From: an uncultured Gammaproteobacteria bacterium
GTDB taxonomy: Bacteria; Patescibacteriota; Microgenomatia; CAYQLK01
Assembly (NCBI GenBank): GCA_964445355.1
Contig: CAYUKQ010000005.1
Span: 1-45,557 of the forward strand
Direction of reading: 5' to 3'
DNA: 45,557 nt
A program made the position numbers and the translations under genes. The notes below the pieces were generated by a model that did not search any database, was not told where the DNA came from, and saw only the letters and a list, made by a program, of their open reading frames with translations. Shown here one piece after another: positions 17,674-27,900 of this stretch (position 1 is its first letter; every line of letters starts with the position of its first letter).

Positions 17674-19329
17674 CTAGTGCAGGTGAGCAAGTAGTGATTG
17701 ACCTGTCATATCGCTTGGGACAGGAATGTTCATAATTTGTAGGGTCGTTGGTGCAATATCAGCAAGTTTTCCGCTTGGAAGTTCTCTAACAACCCCCTGA
17801 AATTCAGGAACCACAAAGACCGCCGGTACCGGAGACGTGTTGTGTTCAGTATCTATTCCTCCATTGATCGGATCGAGCATCATCTCTGCATTACCATGAT
17901 CAGCGGTAATAATTACTGCTCCGTTGAGACTGGTAACGGCCTGGACGATTGTTTTGACACACTGATCGATTAGAATAATACTTTCGATGGTTTTTTCAAT
18001 GTTTCCTGTGTGTCCCAACATGTCCGGGTTAGCAAAATTAATGACCGCGAAATGATAGCGGGCCTGTGAAAGTGTTTTGATAAAAGTCTGGGTAATGGTC
18101 ACGGCTGACATGGCAGGCGCCATATCATAAGTAGGAACCTGCACAGATGGGACTAAAATACGATCTTCACCAGTAAAAGCCTGTTCTCTGCCTCCGTTAA
18201 AAAAATAAGTTACATGGGCATATTTCTCGGTTTCGGCAATATGTAATTGTCGCAATTCCCTTTCGGAGATTACTCGGGCGATTGGATTTTTAATATTATT
18301 TTCTTCAAAAGCAATTCCTGAAACTTTAAGTTTTTTTTCATAATTCGTCATGGTCACAAAACAAAGATTTTTGGCAAAGTACCGACGATTGAAACCACGA
18401 ACTGTTTTTTCAATAACTTCTGCCGTTCCGGCCTTGTGTTCATCGAGTGATTCATCATTAATCTGTTTAACGAACGGCACATTTTCCATGTCTGGCAAAA
18501 CAAAGCTTTTGGTTATTTGTCTCGCACGGTCTGGCCGAAAATTAAATGAAATTATCGCGTCATTGTCTTTTACCTGACCAATCGGCTGATTACCTGAATC
18601 GGTAATGATCGTGGGGGTGATAAATTCGTCAGTGATGTTATTTTTGTATGAATTTTCTAGCAGAACAACAGGGTCAGTGGCGGTCGGTCCGTCGATTGCG
18701 GTAATTGCATTGTAAGCTTTTTCCGTCCGATCCCACCGATTATCACGATCCATGGCATAATATCGTCCTGATACAGAGGCGATCTCGCCGAGATGTTCGG
18801 ATTTGAACTTAATTTGCAACTGTTGAATGATCGGTAAACAGCCAGTTTGCGGTGAATCTCTTCCGTCAGTATAAAGATGAATTTTGATGTTTTCCGGTTT
18901 GATATTTATTTGCTTTGCTAGATATAAAAGTGCTAACAGATGTTCTACTGAGCTGTGGACCTGCCCCTGTCCAACCAAGCCAATTAGGTGAAGATTGCTT
19001 TGGTGATCTTTGACATGGTTAAAGGCGGTATGAAAAGCTTCATTTGTGAAGAACATACCGTTTTCAATTGCTAGATTAATGCGTAGCAAGTCCTGATAAA
19101 CGATTCGACCGGCACCCAAATTGATATGTCCGACCTCAGAGTTGCCAGCCTGTCCTGAAGGTAGTCCGACTGACTCACCAGAAGCCAGAAGCTGGGTATG
19201 GGGGTAGGTTGCATAGAGCGCATTCAAATAAGGCGTACCTGCAAGCGTAATGGCATTACCCGGACCAGGTGCTGAAATTCCGAATCCATCAAGAATTATC
19301 AACGTTACCGGCCCATCTAACTGGCGCAT
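17674..19329 (-). CDS. gpmI: 2,3-BPG-independent phosphoglycerate mutase
   Basis: LDGFG, GNSEVGH, DGRD, GRYYAMDRD, ETEKYAHVT, ADHGNAE. Confidence 0.97.
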   Translation of the reverse strand: MRQLDGPVTLIILDGFGISAPGPGNAITLAGTPYLNALYATYPHTQLLASGESVGLPSGQAGNSEVGHINLGAGRIVYQDLLRINLAIENGMFFTNEAFHTAFNHVKDHQSNLHLIGLVGQGQVHSSVEHLLALLYLAKQINIKPENIKIHLYTDGRDSPQTGCLPIIQQLQIKFKSEHLGEIASVSGRYYAMDRDNRWDRTEKAYNAITAIDGPTATDPVVLLENSYKNNITDEFITPTIITDSGNQPIGQVKDNDAIISFNFRPDRARQITKSFVLPDMENVPFVKQINDESLDEHKAGTAEVIEKTVRGFNRRYFAKNLCFVTMTNYEKKLKVSGIAFEENNIKNPIARVISERELRQLHIAETEKYAHVTYFFNGGREQAFTGEDRILVPSVQVPTYDMAPAMSAVTITQTFIKTLSQARYHFAVINFANPDMLGHTGNIEKTIESIILIDQCVKTIVQAVTSLNGAVIITADHGNAEMMLDPINGGIDTEHNTSPVPAVFVVPEFQGVVRELPSGKLADIAPTTLQIMNIPVPSDMTGQSLLAHLH

Positions 19330-19341
19330 ATTAAACGTGAA

Positions 19342-20607
19342 TTAGTGGTGTGAATATAGTTCATATTCGATTGAAAGCAGGCGATTGTATTTTGCAACCC
19401 TTTCCCCTCTTGCAGGCGCACCTAACTTGGCATAATCAGCCCCAAGTCCGACTGCTAAGTCAGCGATAAATGAGTCATTGGTTTCGCCTGAGCGATGAGA
19501 AAATACAGTTTTCCAACTATGACTTTTGGCAAGCCTGACCACCTCGATTGTTTCTGTTAGTGTTCCAACTTGATTTGGTTTGATGAGAATTGAGTTGGCA
19601 GCTTTTTTATCGATAGCTGTTTTAAGCTTTTTAGGATTAGTCGAAAGCAAGTCATCTCCAACAACAAAAACCTGCGATCCTATTTTTTGCGTTAAAGTTG
19701 CCCACCCGTCCCAATCATCCTCTTCAAGAGGGTCTTCGAGAGATAAAAGTCGATATTGACTAACAAGATCGGCGTAATATTCCACAAATTCGTCGGAAGA
19801 AATATTGACCGGCTTATCTTTTATTTTGTACTGTCCGTTACCCCGATAAAAACTTGTTGCGGCCGCATCTAGGCTTAAAAATACATCAGTACCGAGTTGA
19901 TAGCTGGTTTGACGAATAGCTTCGATCATGACGTCAAATGCCTCGGCGTTAACATAGAGGTCAGGCGCAAATCCACCTTCATCACCAAGCGAGTGAATGT
20001 AGTTCTTGGCAATTAGGATCTTTTTGAGGGCATGATAGATCTCGACACCGATCTGCAGAGCCTGCGAATAAGTCTTGTTACGTGAGGGAACAACCATGTA
20101 TTCCTGAAAATCAAGGTTTCCGGCGCCGTGTTTTCCCCCGTTGAGAATATTAAACATTGGTGTGGGAATAAAAAGCCCAGATGTATCGTTTTTATCGAGC
20201 TTGGCGATGTAAGCATAAAGCGGGAGTCTAGCTTCAATCGAAGCGGCTCTTGCTACCGCCAGCGAAACCGCCAGGATCGTATTACCGCCCAGATTTTTCT
20301 TGTCTTCCGTGCCATCCATTTGTAGCATCAGCCGATCAATTTCTTCTTGACTAAAAACACTTTTGCCGACAATTTTTGGGGCAATAATTTGAGTAACGTT
20401 CGAAACAGCCTTAAGGACACCAAGGCCATTAAATCTTTTTGGGTCTCCATCGCGCATTTCGTAAGCCTCGTACTTACTTCTGGACGAACCGGAAGGAACA
20501 GAGGCTGTACCCCATACTCCACTGTCGAGTCCGACGCTTACCTCAATTGTGGGCGTGGCTCTTGAATCAAGGATTTCTCTAGCAAATATTTGACTAATGT
20601 TGGCCAT
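19342..20607 (-). CDS. eno: Enolase
   Basis: REILDSR, GDEGGFAP, IKPNQVGT, SHRSGET; start assigned at MANISQ (20607). Confidence 0.97.
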   Translation of the reverse strand: MANISQIFAREILDSRATPTIEVSVGLDSGVWGTASVPSGSSRSKYEAYEMRDGDPKRFNGLGVLKAVSNVTQIIAPKIVGKSVFSQEEIDRLMLQMDGTEDKKNLGGNTILAVSLAVARAASIEARLPLYAYIAKLDKNDTSGLFIPTPMFNILNGGKHGAGNLDFQEYMVVPSRNKTYSQALQIGVEIYHALKKILIAKNYIHSLGDEGGFAPDLYVNAEAFDVMIEAIRQTSYQLGTDVFLSLDAAATSFYRGNGQYKIKDKPVNISSDEFVEYYADLVSQYRLLSLEDPLEEDDWDGWATLTQKIGSQVFVVGDDLLSTNPKKLKTAIDKKAANSILIKPNQVGTLTETIEVVRLAKSHSWKTVFSHRSGETNDSFIADLAVGLGADYAKLGAPARGERVAKYNRLLSIEYELYSHH

Positions 20608-22894
20608 ATTTTTTCTTAAGTTTGTTATTAATAAAGTCTTTTTCCGCATCGGCAACTACCTGCCTTGTCAGATCGATAACATCAGGTGTGACGGAAACTG
20701 AAGTTACACCCCACTCAACCAGCATGCGCGTGAGCTGAGGATAAAAAGAGGGCGCCTGACCACAGATTCCGGCGGTGATCTTGTGCTTGTTTGCGGTTTT
20801 TATTAGTTTTTTAAGTGCCCAGAGCACGGCCGGATCAAGTTCTGAATAATCTTTAGCAACCGACTCATTGTCACGGTCAGTACCAAGAATCAACATTGTG
20901 AGGTCGTTTGACCCGATACTAATACCATCGATCCCAACCTTAATAAACTCCTCCAGAAGAATGACGTTCGAGGGAATTTCTGCCATCATAAAAAATTTAA
21001 AGGTCGGGTCGCGAAATAATCCTGCTTTAGCAACGACTTTTCTAACTTGTGACAGCTCAGGAACATTACGGACGAATGGAACCATTAGGTGGAGATTGTT
21101 GAGACCAAATTTTCTGATTTTTTTAATCGCTTCAAGTTCAAGACTAAAGACTTCAGGGTCGCTTATATAACGAAAACTACCACGGTAGCCGAGCATTGGG
21201 TTGCTTTCCAATGGTTCATAGGCTTCACCACCAATAAGATTACGATACTCATTAGTTTTAAAGTCGCTGGCACGATAAATCACTGGACGGGGATAAAATG
21301 ATTTCGCAAAATTGAACAAACCATCGGCAAGCCTGTTACTGTAATCGAGGCTCTTTTTATCATGAATTGCTTTTTTGGGATGGATCCCGATGCCGCTCAT
21401 CATAAATTCAGCCCTAAGCAGTCCAACGCCGTCACAGTTTTTAACCGCAATCTGTGAAGCCAGTTCCGGCTCAGCCAGATTGACATATACTTTTGTTGCA
21501 GTGATGATCTCTTCAGGTAATTTGTGTTTGACTGGACTGACGTTGATATGTTTGATGTGAGGTGCGCCTTTATAAACCACTCCGGCAGACCCATCGACCG
21601 TAATAACCTGGCCGGTTTTGAGAAATTTTGTTGCCTTTTCAGTTCCTACAACTGCCGGTATTCCAAGCTCGCGTGAGACTATTGCAGCATGACTGGTTCT
21701 GCCACCCTTATCGGTTACAACAGCTACAGCCTTTTTCATGCCGGGAACAAAATCCGGATTGGTCATGCTGGTAACCAGAACGTCGCCAGGATGAATTTTA
21801 TTAATTTCTTTCGGTGATGAAATTATTTTGACCGGACCATAGGCAATACCCGGCGAGGCTGGTGCACCCTCCAGGATCAAGGGGAGTTTGGTACTGTGTA
21901 CATCGTTAATAGTTGGCGCGTTAGCATCGGGTGTTTTTTGATTAATAGTCGTGATCGGTCTGGTTTGGGTAATAAAAATCTTACCCTTCGCATAAGCCCA
22001 TTCAATATCCTGAGGGAAAAAGTAGTGGTCTTCAAGCATTTTACCGATTTTGGCGATCTGAACAATCATCTTATCCGGGATTTTTTGAATTGACTGACGT
22101 TTGAGTGGAACCGGGATCTTGGAAGTAATTGAGTTGTGTTTCGAAAGCTGATTCTTCTGTGTAGATATAATTTTGTCGAGCAGCTTGTAATCGGACTTGG
22201 CTATCTCATAATGATCGGGCGTTGCCTGACCTTGAACGATCATTTCTCCTAATCCCCAAACAGCTTCAACAATAATTTTGGTTTTATCACCTAAGACCGG
22301 ATCGACAGTAAACATTACTCCTGAAACTTCGGACTCTACCATTAACTGAATCGGGACAGCGATCCCGACTTTAAGATGGTCAAACTTGTTTTCTTGGCGA
22401 TAAAAAATCGCTCTGGTCTCAAATAGCGATGCCCAGCATTTTTTAACGTGATTTACAACTTCATCTGCTCCTTTAATATTTAAGTATGTCGCCTGCTGTC
22501 CAGCGAACGAAGCCTCGGGAAGATCTTCTGCGGTAGCTGACGAACGAATCGCAACGTAACGGTCTCTTAATCCTGAAAGCTTGCCGTAGTATTTGCGTAT
22601 GTCGTGAGCCAGAGCTTCAGGCATATGAGACTGAAGAATAAGTTTTTTTATTTGTAGTGAAACCTGCTGAATTATTTCAATATTAGTCAGATCTGAGCCG
22701 TCGATTATCGATTTGATCTGCTTGCGAAGTCCGGTCTTATCCAGAAATTCAAAATAGGCGTCAGCTGTGACAATATAACCATTGGGAACCGGCGCTTTAG
22801 CTTTGAGCATCTCTCCTAAATTCGCGCCTTTGCCGCCAACAAGGGCGATATCGGATCTGGATACTTCTTTAAACCATACAATGTCTCGATTCAT
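20594..22894 (-). CDS. ppsA: Phosphoenolpyruvate synthase (pyruvate, water dikinase)
   Basis: VGGKGANLGE, RSSATAED..ASFAGQ, phospho-His motif GGRTSHAAIVSRELG, GLLRAEF, SIGSNDLT. Confidence 0.95.
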   Translation of the reverse strand: MNRDIVWFKEVSRSDIALVGGKGANLGEMLKAKAPVPNGYIVTADAYFEFLDKTGLRKQIKSIIDGSDLTNIEIIQQVSLQIKKLILQSHMPEALAHDIRKYYGKLSGLRDRYVAIRSSATAEDLPEASFAGQQATYLNIKGADEVVNHVKKCWASLFETRAIFYRQENKFDHLKVGIAVPIQLMVESEVSGVMFTVDPVLGDKTKIIVEAVWGLGEMIVQGQATPDHYEIAKSDYKLLDKIISTQKNQLSKHNSITSKIPVPLKRQSIQKIPDKMIVQIAKIGKMLEDHYFFPQDIEWAYAKGKIFITQTRPITTINQKTPDANAPTINDVHSTKLPLILEGAPASPGIAYGPVKIISSPKEINKIHPGDVLVTSMTNPDFVPGMKKAVAVVTDKGGRTSHAAIVSRELGIPAVVGTEKATKFLKTGQVITVDGSAGVVYKGAPHIKHINVSPVKHKLPEEIITATKVYVNLAEPELASQIAVKNCDGVGLLRAEFMMSGIGIHPKKAIHDKKSLDYSNRLADGLFNFAKSFYPRPVIYRASDFKTNEYRNLIGGEAYEPLESNPMLGYRGSFRYISDPEVFSLELEAIKKIRKFGLNNLHLMVPFVRNVPELSQVRKVVAKAGLFRDPTFKFFMMAEIPSNVILLEEFIKVGIDGISIGSNDLTMLILGTDRDNESVAKDYSELDPAVLWALKKLIKTANKHKITAGICGQAPSFYPQLTRMLVEWGVTSVSVTPDVIDLTRQVVADAEKDFINNKLKKKYGQH

Positions 22895-22954
22895 AGGGCA
22901 GTTAGCATAATCTTACAACATCCTAGCCTATGGTTGGTAATAGTTTTTAAGAAA

Positions 22955-23629
22955 TTAATGCAAAGAAATCAGGTCAAGTGCGAAGTGGGAGGTGTAACTA
23001 TCGGGGTTGGCTGAAGTTTTTTCCCGGATTTCTAAACTAAGTAAACGACGATAAAGCTTGATCAGATTATTCAAAGTAAAATTCTCGGCTTGTTTGAGCA
23101 ATTGCTGTTTTTGCCATAACTGTCCGGAAAAACTGTCGGGTGACGATTTGAGAATTATTAGGTCTCTAATACGATTCTGAATCATCGTCATAATAACTGG
23201 CTCAGGTATTGTTTCAAGATTCCTTTCCAGTTGATCGATTAAGTAACTGATCTTGTTGGGACTGATCGCATTAAGTAAATCAAAGATTTCGGTTCTAGTA
23301 TCGAAGGAGAAAACCGTCAGCCTTTTTTTGTATTCTGACGGAATCCGACCGACGTTTTTGCCAACGGCATTAAATATTGCAGAAGTATCACCTAGATTTT
23401 GAAACAGTCTGATCCAGGCGTCTTTAGAAATTAATGAGAAATTTTCGAAAATAAATACTGTTTGATTGAACATGTCTGTCAGTTGAAGTTTTTCAGTAAG
23501 TTCATTGAGGTCAACATTTGACAAATCAATCTCAACAAAGTTCGCATTACTAAATGTCTGCTTAAGACTAACTAGTTTGCTTCTGGCACTGACTGTGTCT
23601 GAACCGGACACGAGAAATAGTTGCCCCAT
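22955..23629 (-). CDS. holA: DNA polymerase III delta-subunit-like protein (short)
   Basis: N-terminal ...G.D...A..K..L pattern, IFDLLNAI, C-terminal helical 'L..LY..LL..E...KT' signature; only 224 aa. Confidence 0.6.
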   Translation of the reverse strand: MGQLFLVSGSDTVSARSKLVSLKQTFSNANFVEIDLSNVDLNELTEKLQLTDMFNQTVFIFENFSLISKDAWIRLFQNLGDTSAIFNAVGKNVGRIPSEYKKRLTVFSFDTRTEIFDLLNAISPNKISYLIDQLERNLETIPEPVIMTMIQNRIRDLIILKSSPDSFSGQLWQKQQLLKQAENFTLNNLIKLYRRLLSLEIREKTSANPDSYTSHFALDLISLH

Positions 23630-24199
23630 TTATTTTAATGAAAAGGTTTCTAATAAATGCATAACTTTGATCAGGTCTTGAGCTCGATCTTGCGTTAGGA
23701 ACCATATAGTAACCGGGGGTTTTTTGCCAAGGCCTGGTAAATTAAGCGTCAAAATCATTCCGCCGCCTTGAAGTTCGGTCTCGTTGGCGGAAATTTGTCG
23801 GTTATCAATACGTAAAATTTTGTTTTGCGTTTGAAAGGCTTTTGATTTTTGTTCCTCGGTCAATCTGTAGGTAAGATTCTGGTTGTAAAAAACCTGCATT
23901 GTTACACTGTCAGCGTTGATTTCGATGTAATTCTTGTTAGCAAAAGCATCATATGTAACTATCCAATCGTCAGGTCGGTAAAAAGAAAGATTTAATTGTT
24001 CAATGTTCTGTAAAGTAAAGCCCTGTGAGTCGATCGTAGGAGTAGTTTGCTTATTAATTACTACCGGGGTGGGAGTGTTTTTAACTGAAGTATCTACGAT
24101 TGAGTCAGTAGGGGTTGATTTGTTACAACCTAAGAACAACAATGTCCCCGACAAGATAGAAATAAAAATTATGCTTAGATGTTGGACTGGCGAACTCAT
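23630..24199 (-). CDS. Putative lipoprotein / exported protein (PsbP-like F.RP.DW motif)
   Basis: Hydrophobic N-terminus ending LFLGC, Thr/Pro linker, LSFYRPDDW. Confidence 0.55.
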   Translation of the reverse strand: MSSPVQHLSIIFISILSGTLLFLGCNKSTPTDSIVDTSVKNTPTPVVINKQTTPTIDSQGFTLQNIEQLNLSFYRPDDWIVTYDAFANKNYIEINADSVTMQVFYNQNLTYRLTEEQKSKAFQTQNKILRIDNRQISANETELQGGGMILTLNLPGLGKKPPVTIWFLTQDRAQDLIKVMHLLETFSLK

Positions 24200-24221
24200 T
24201 AAGTTCTATTCTAAACCATTT

Positions 24222-24890
24222 TTAAACCATTCGGTTTTTGGCCAAATTAAAATCCTTGTGCATCTGTCTGATCATTTCTTTTTCGTTACCCATGATCGAC
24301 ACGCGACCATGGCCGGGGAAAACTTGGGTTTGATCCGGAAGATCAATCAGCTTCATTAAGCTATCAAACATTTTATCCGGCTGCGAAGTCTCAAGATCGA
24401 TTCTGCCGATCAATCCTTGAAACAGTGTGTCACCGGTGAAAACGACTTTTAATTGCGGGGAGTAATAACAAATTGATCCCGGGGTGTGTCCAGAGACTGT
24501 GATGCAAATTATCTCAATGTCACCGATTTTGAATCTTTCACCGTCCTTTATTTTGACATCGGCCTTGCCAGCAATGATCGGGTAATCTAACTTTTGCGCA
24601 AATCTGGTGAAGTCTGTTTCTAATAATTGAGCATCCTCCTGTCCGATACAAATTTGAGCATTTGGAACAATATCTTTGATAATTCCATTGTGAGCGACAT
24701 GATCCGGATGATAATGGGTATTAAAAATAAATTTGAGCTGAGCTTCAGCTTTGACAAATTCTTCAAGAATTGCATCTGAATCCCCACCAGGGTCAATAAC
24801 ACAGCCGATTTTTGCGTTGCGATCAATAATGACGTATGGATGGACGCGAATTGGCCCAGAGGTAAAAGATTTCACTAAATATTTTTCCAT
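24222..24890 (-). CDS. MBL-fold metallo-hydrolase (glyoxalase II-like)
   Basis: THYHPDH, GHTPGS, TGDTLF, PGH. Confidence 0.92.
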   Translation of the reverse strand: MEKYLVKSFTSGPIRVHPYVIIDRNAKIGCVIDPGGDSDAILEEFVKAEAQLKFIFNTHYHPDHVAHNGIIKDIVPNAQICIGQEDAQLLETDFTRFAQKLDYPIIAGKADVKIKDGERFKIGDIEIICITVSGHTPGSICYYSPQLKVVFTGDTLFQGLIGRIDLETSQPDKMFDSLMKLIDLPDQTQVFPGHGRVSIMGNEKEMIRQMHKDFNLAKNRMV

Positions 24891-24927
24891 TTAATCTGAA
24901 TAGGTAATTCTAGACAAAAACAGTTCT

Positions 24928-27900
24928 TTAGTCCAAGACGGAAACCTGATCAAAAGTTGCACTCGAGACCTGAGAACCGTTATGTGAGGTTACAAAAAGT
25001 CCTACAAAAATATTTTGACCAAAGTTAACAGTTTTAGTGCTGAAAACGGTCCAAGTTATACCATCAACGGAAGTATAACCCGCAATATTGTTACCTGACC
25101 GGACTAATTTGAGATAAATATTGGGGAATATATACGAAGAGCCATTAATATTGTGGTCAAAGTGGCTCTGAAAAGCTATGCCGTTTGCGGGAGTTACTGC
25201 CAGTAATGTGTAATCCGACCCACTCGTCAGTGAATCTTTGAACATGATTCCAGCTTTGGCCCAGTCATTAGTGTTGGTCTGCGAATTGACACGGGCAATT
25301 ATTTCGCCATCACCGTCAAGTGACTGGTAGACAAAATGGAACTGATCAGCGTCTCCCCAGATGTCGTTACCCGCCCCACTAATGGAAAAAATATTATCTG
25401 CGTAAGTTGCGTTTCCGCTAAGTGAAGGTGTACCTATATCACTACTCGACCAAGGCGCCGGCAATATAGGTAGGGCCGTGTTTGAAACACTTACATTATC
25501 AAAGGTCACGGTGCTGATTTTTGACCCGTCGTGCGAGGTTACAAACAAACCGATCTTTACGGATGAGGATAGCGAAATCGGTCTAGTGCCAATTAATGTC
25601 CAGTTACTGCCGTCAACAGAATAATGCGAAGAGATATTATTGCCCGTTCTGACCATTTTCAGCCAAACATTGGGGAAGTTATACGAAGCCGGTCCGGCGA
25701 TCTCGTTGTTGTAATTGTACTGCATAGTTATTCCGTTTGCGGGAGTTACTGCCAGTAAGGCATAGTTTGAAAGGCTGCTTAGTGAATCCTTAATTATCAC
25801 TCCGGCTTTGGCCCAGTCATTAGTGTTGGTCTGCGAATTGACACGGGCAATTATTTCGCCATCGCCATTAAGGTCCTGATGAACCAAATACATTTGATCA
25901 GTATTCCCCCAGACATCGTCACCAGCGGCTTTGACTGTAAAGACCTGATTCTCATAGCTGGCTGAACCGAGCATCTTAGGACTACCGATGTCAGTACCAG
26001 TAAACGATGACGGGAGTGCTCCCTGCTGACCAGAAGCAGTCAGGTTGACATTGTCAAAAGTCGCTGTCGAAATCACAGAGGAGTTGTGCGAAGTTACAAA
26101 AAGTCCGACGGTTATTGTTGATTGTGCAAAATTAAGCGTGGTTGAACCAGCCTCAGCCCAGTCGACCCCATTGGATGAGTAGAAGGAAGTGATAAGGTTG
26201 TTATTGCGAACAAGTTTTACCCATGCGTTAGGAAAATTGTAAGGACCCCACTCTGATCCGGTATTAAAATTAGTTTGAAAAGCGTAACCGTGTTGCGGAG
26301 TTACACCAAAAAGAACATATGGAGACTGAGGCGTCAGACTCTCTTTGAACATAATTCCCGCTTTGGCCCATCCGTCCGTATTAATAGTTTGTGAAGTGAT
26401 CCTGGCGGTAATTTCACCATTACCAGTCAGGCTTTGGTGTACATACTGAAATTGATCCGAATCGCCCCAGATATCACTCCCAGCACCGGAAATGGTAAAA
26501 GTATTATTGACGTATTGAGAACTTCCGGACAGATAAGGTGCGCCGATATCGGTATTTTGCCACAGACCTGTAAGTGATTTTTTGACAGAAACATTATCAA
26601 AAACTGAAGTATTTAGTTCGTTGTATTTGTGAGAAGTTACAAACATTCCGATCGTAACCTCCTCGCTCATAGCAATCTCGACTGTGTCTAACGTTTGCCA
26701 ATTAATTCCATCGATCGACTTATAAGCCGTAAATGTATTATTGAACCTGACTAGTTTCAACCAAGCGTTTGGAAGCGAATACGCAAAGCTTCCCAAGTCA
26801 GAATTAAAACTGTGCTGAAAAGCAATCCCATTATTTGGGGTAACGGCCAGTAATATGTAAGGAGACAAAGGACTTGTAGATTGCTTGATCATAATGCCGG
26901 ATTTTGCCCAGTCGTCGGTGTCTTCCTGTGCAGTTACTCTTGCAACAATCTCTCCATTACCCTGAAGAGTCTGGTAAACATACCTGAATTCGTCTTGTGT
27001 ACCCCAAATATCACCACCGGCGCCATTGATGGTGTAAACGCCGTTGAGGTAGGAGGCATCGCCGGCAAAAAGCGGAGAGCCTACATCTGCGCTGACCCAA
27101 GGGTTTGGGGGAATTTCGTACTGATCAAAATTAACCGAATAATTAGTGTCTGTGGCGGGAGTGGTAATAGTATGTGATTGTTCGAGTCCGTCTGACCAAC
27201 TGAGAAATTTATAATAGTAATTCTGAAAATACTGGGGGGTTGGTGCACTCAAAACCCTTTCAACACCAACGACCGCTGTTTCGGTATAGATGCTCGTATG
27301 AGGAATGCCATCAATTGCGTAGGCAGTGTTTGGCAAGTTACTCGAAAATGTCAGTTCTACCAGGTTGGGGTGGATCGCTCGGCTGGTTGAGCTGGTCAAA
27401 CCTTGTGAATCTGTCGTAATCAAAATTATTTCGTACCAGGTACTTGAAACATTGTCCGCAGTACGAGGAATATTTATTTGACCTGAGCGCTGGTTATTAA
27501 TTTGCTGACCAAAAGGGTGAATATGGTCGGCGTGATGAAAAACAAAACTCCAGCTAAATGCAGAGTCGGGTAGTTCCCCATCTTCGGGGTCGCTACCTGT
27601 AGCCGAAAAATTAATTGTATCGCCGGCGTTATATTTACTGTTAGCTAAGGGACTAACGATCATACCGTTGGGCAGATTATTCCCGACAGTGATAATTACG
27701 GTTTCCGTATCACTTTTTTCGCCGTCTGAAACCGTAAGTGTGGCGTTATATGTACCATTGACTGTGTAGATGTGTGTTGGCGACATCTGCGCGGAGGTAT
27801 TACCATCGCCGAAATCCCAAAAATAGCTGAGTGACGTACCGTCTGGATCAGATGAACTACTGGAGTCAAATGTTACCGATAACGGTGCAAGGCCGGCAAT

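Noticed and set aside
24931-27110. Repeats as a CRISPR array or DGR template/variable pair
   Set aside because: Repeats are in-frame protein domains; no spacers, cas genes or reverse transcriptase, and no adenine-specific mismatch pattern was apparent.
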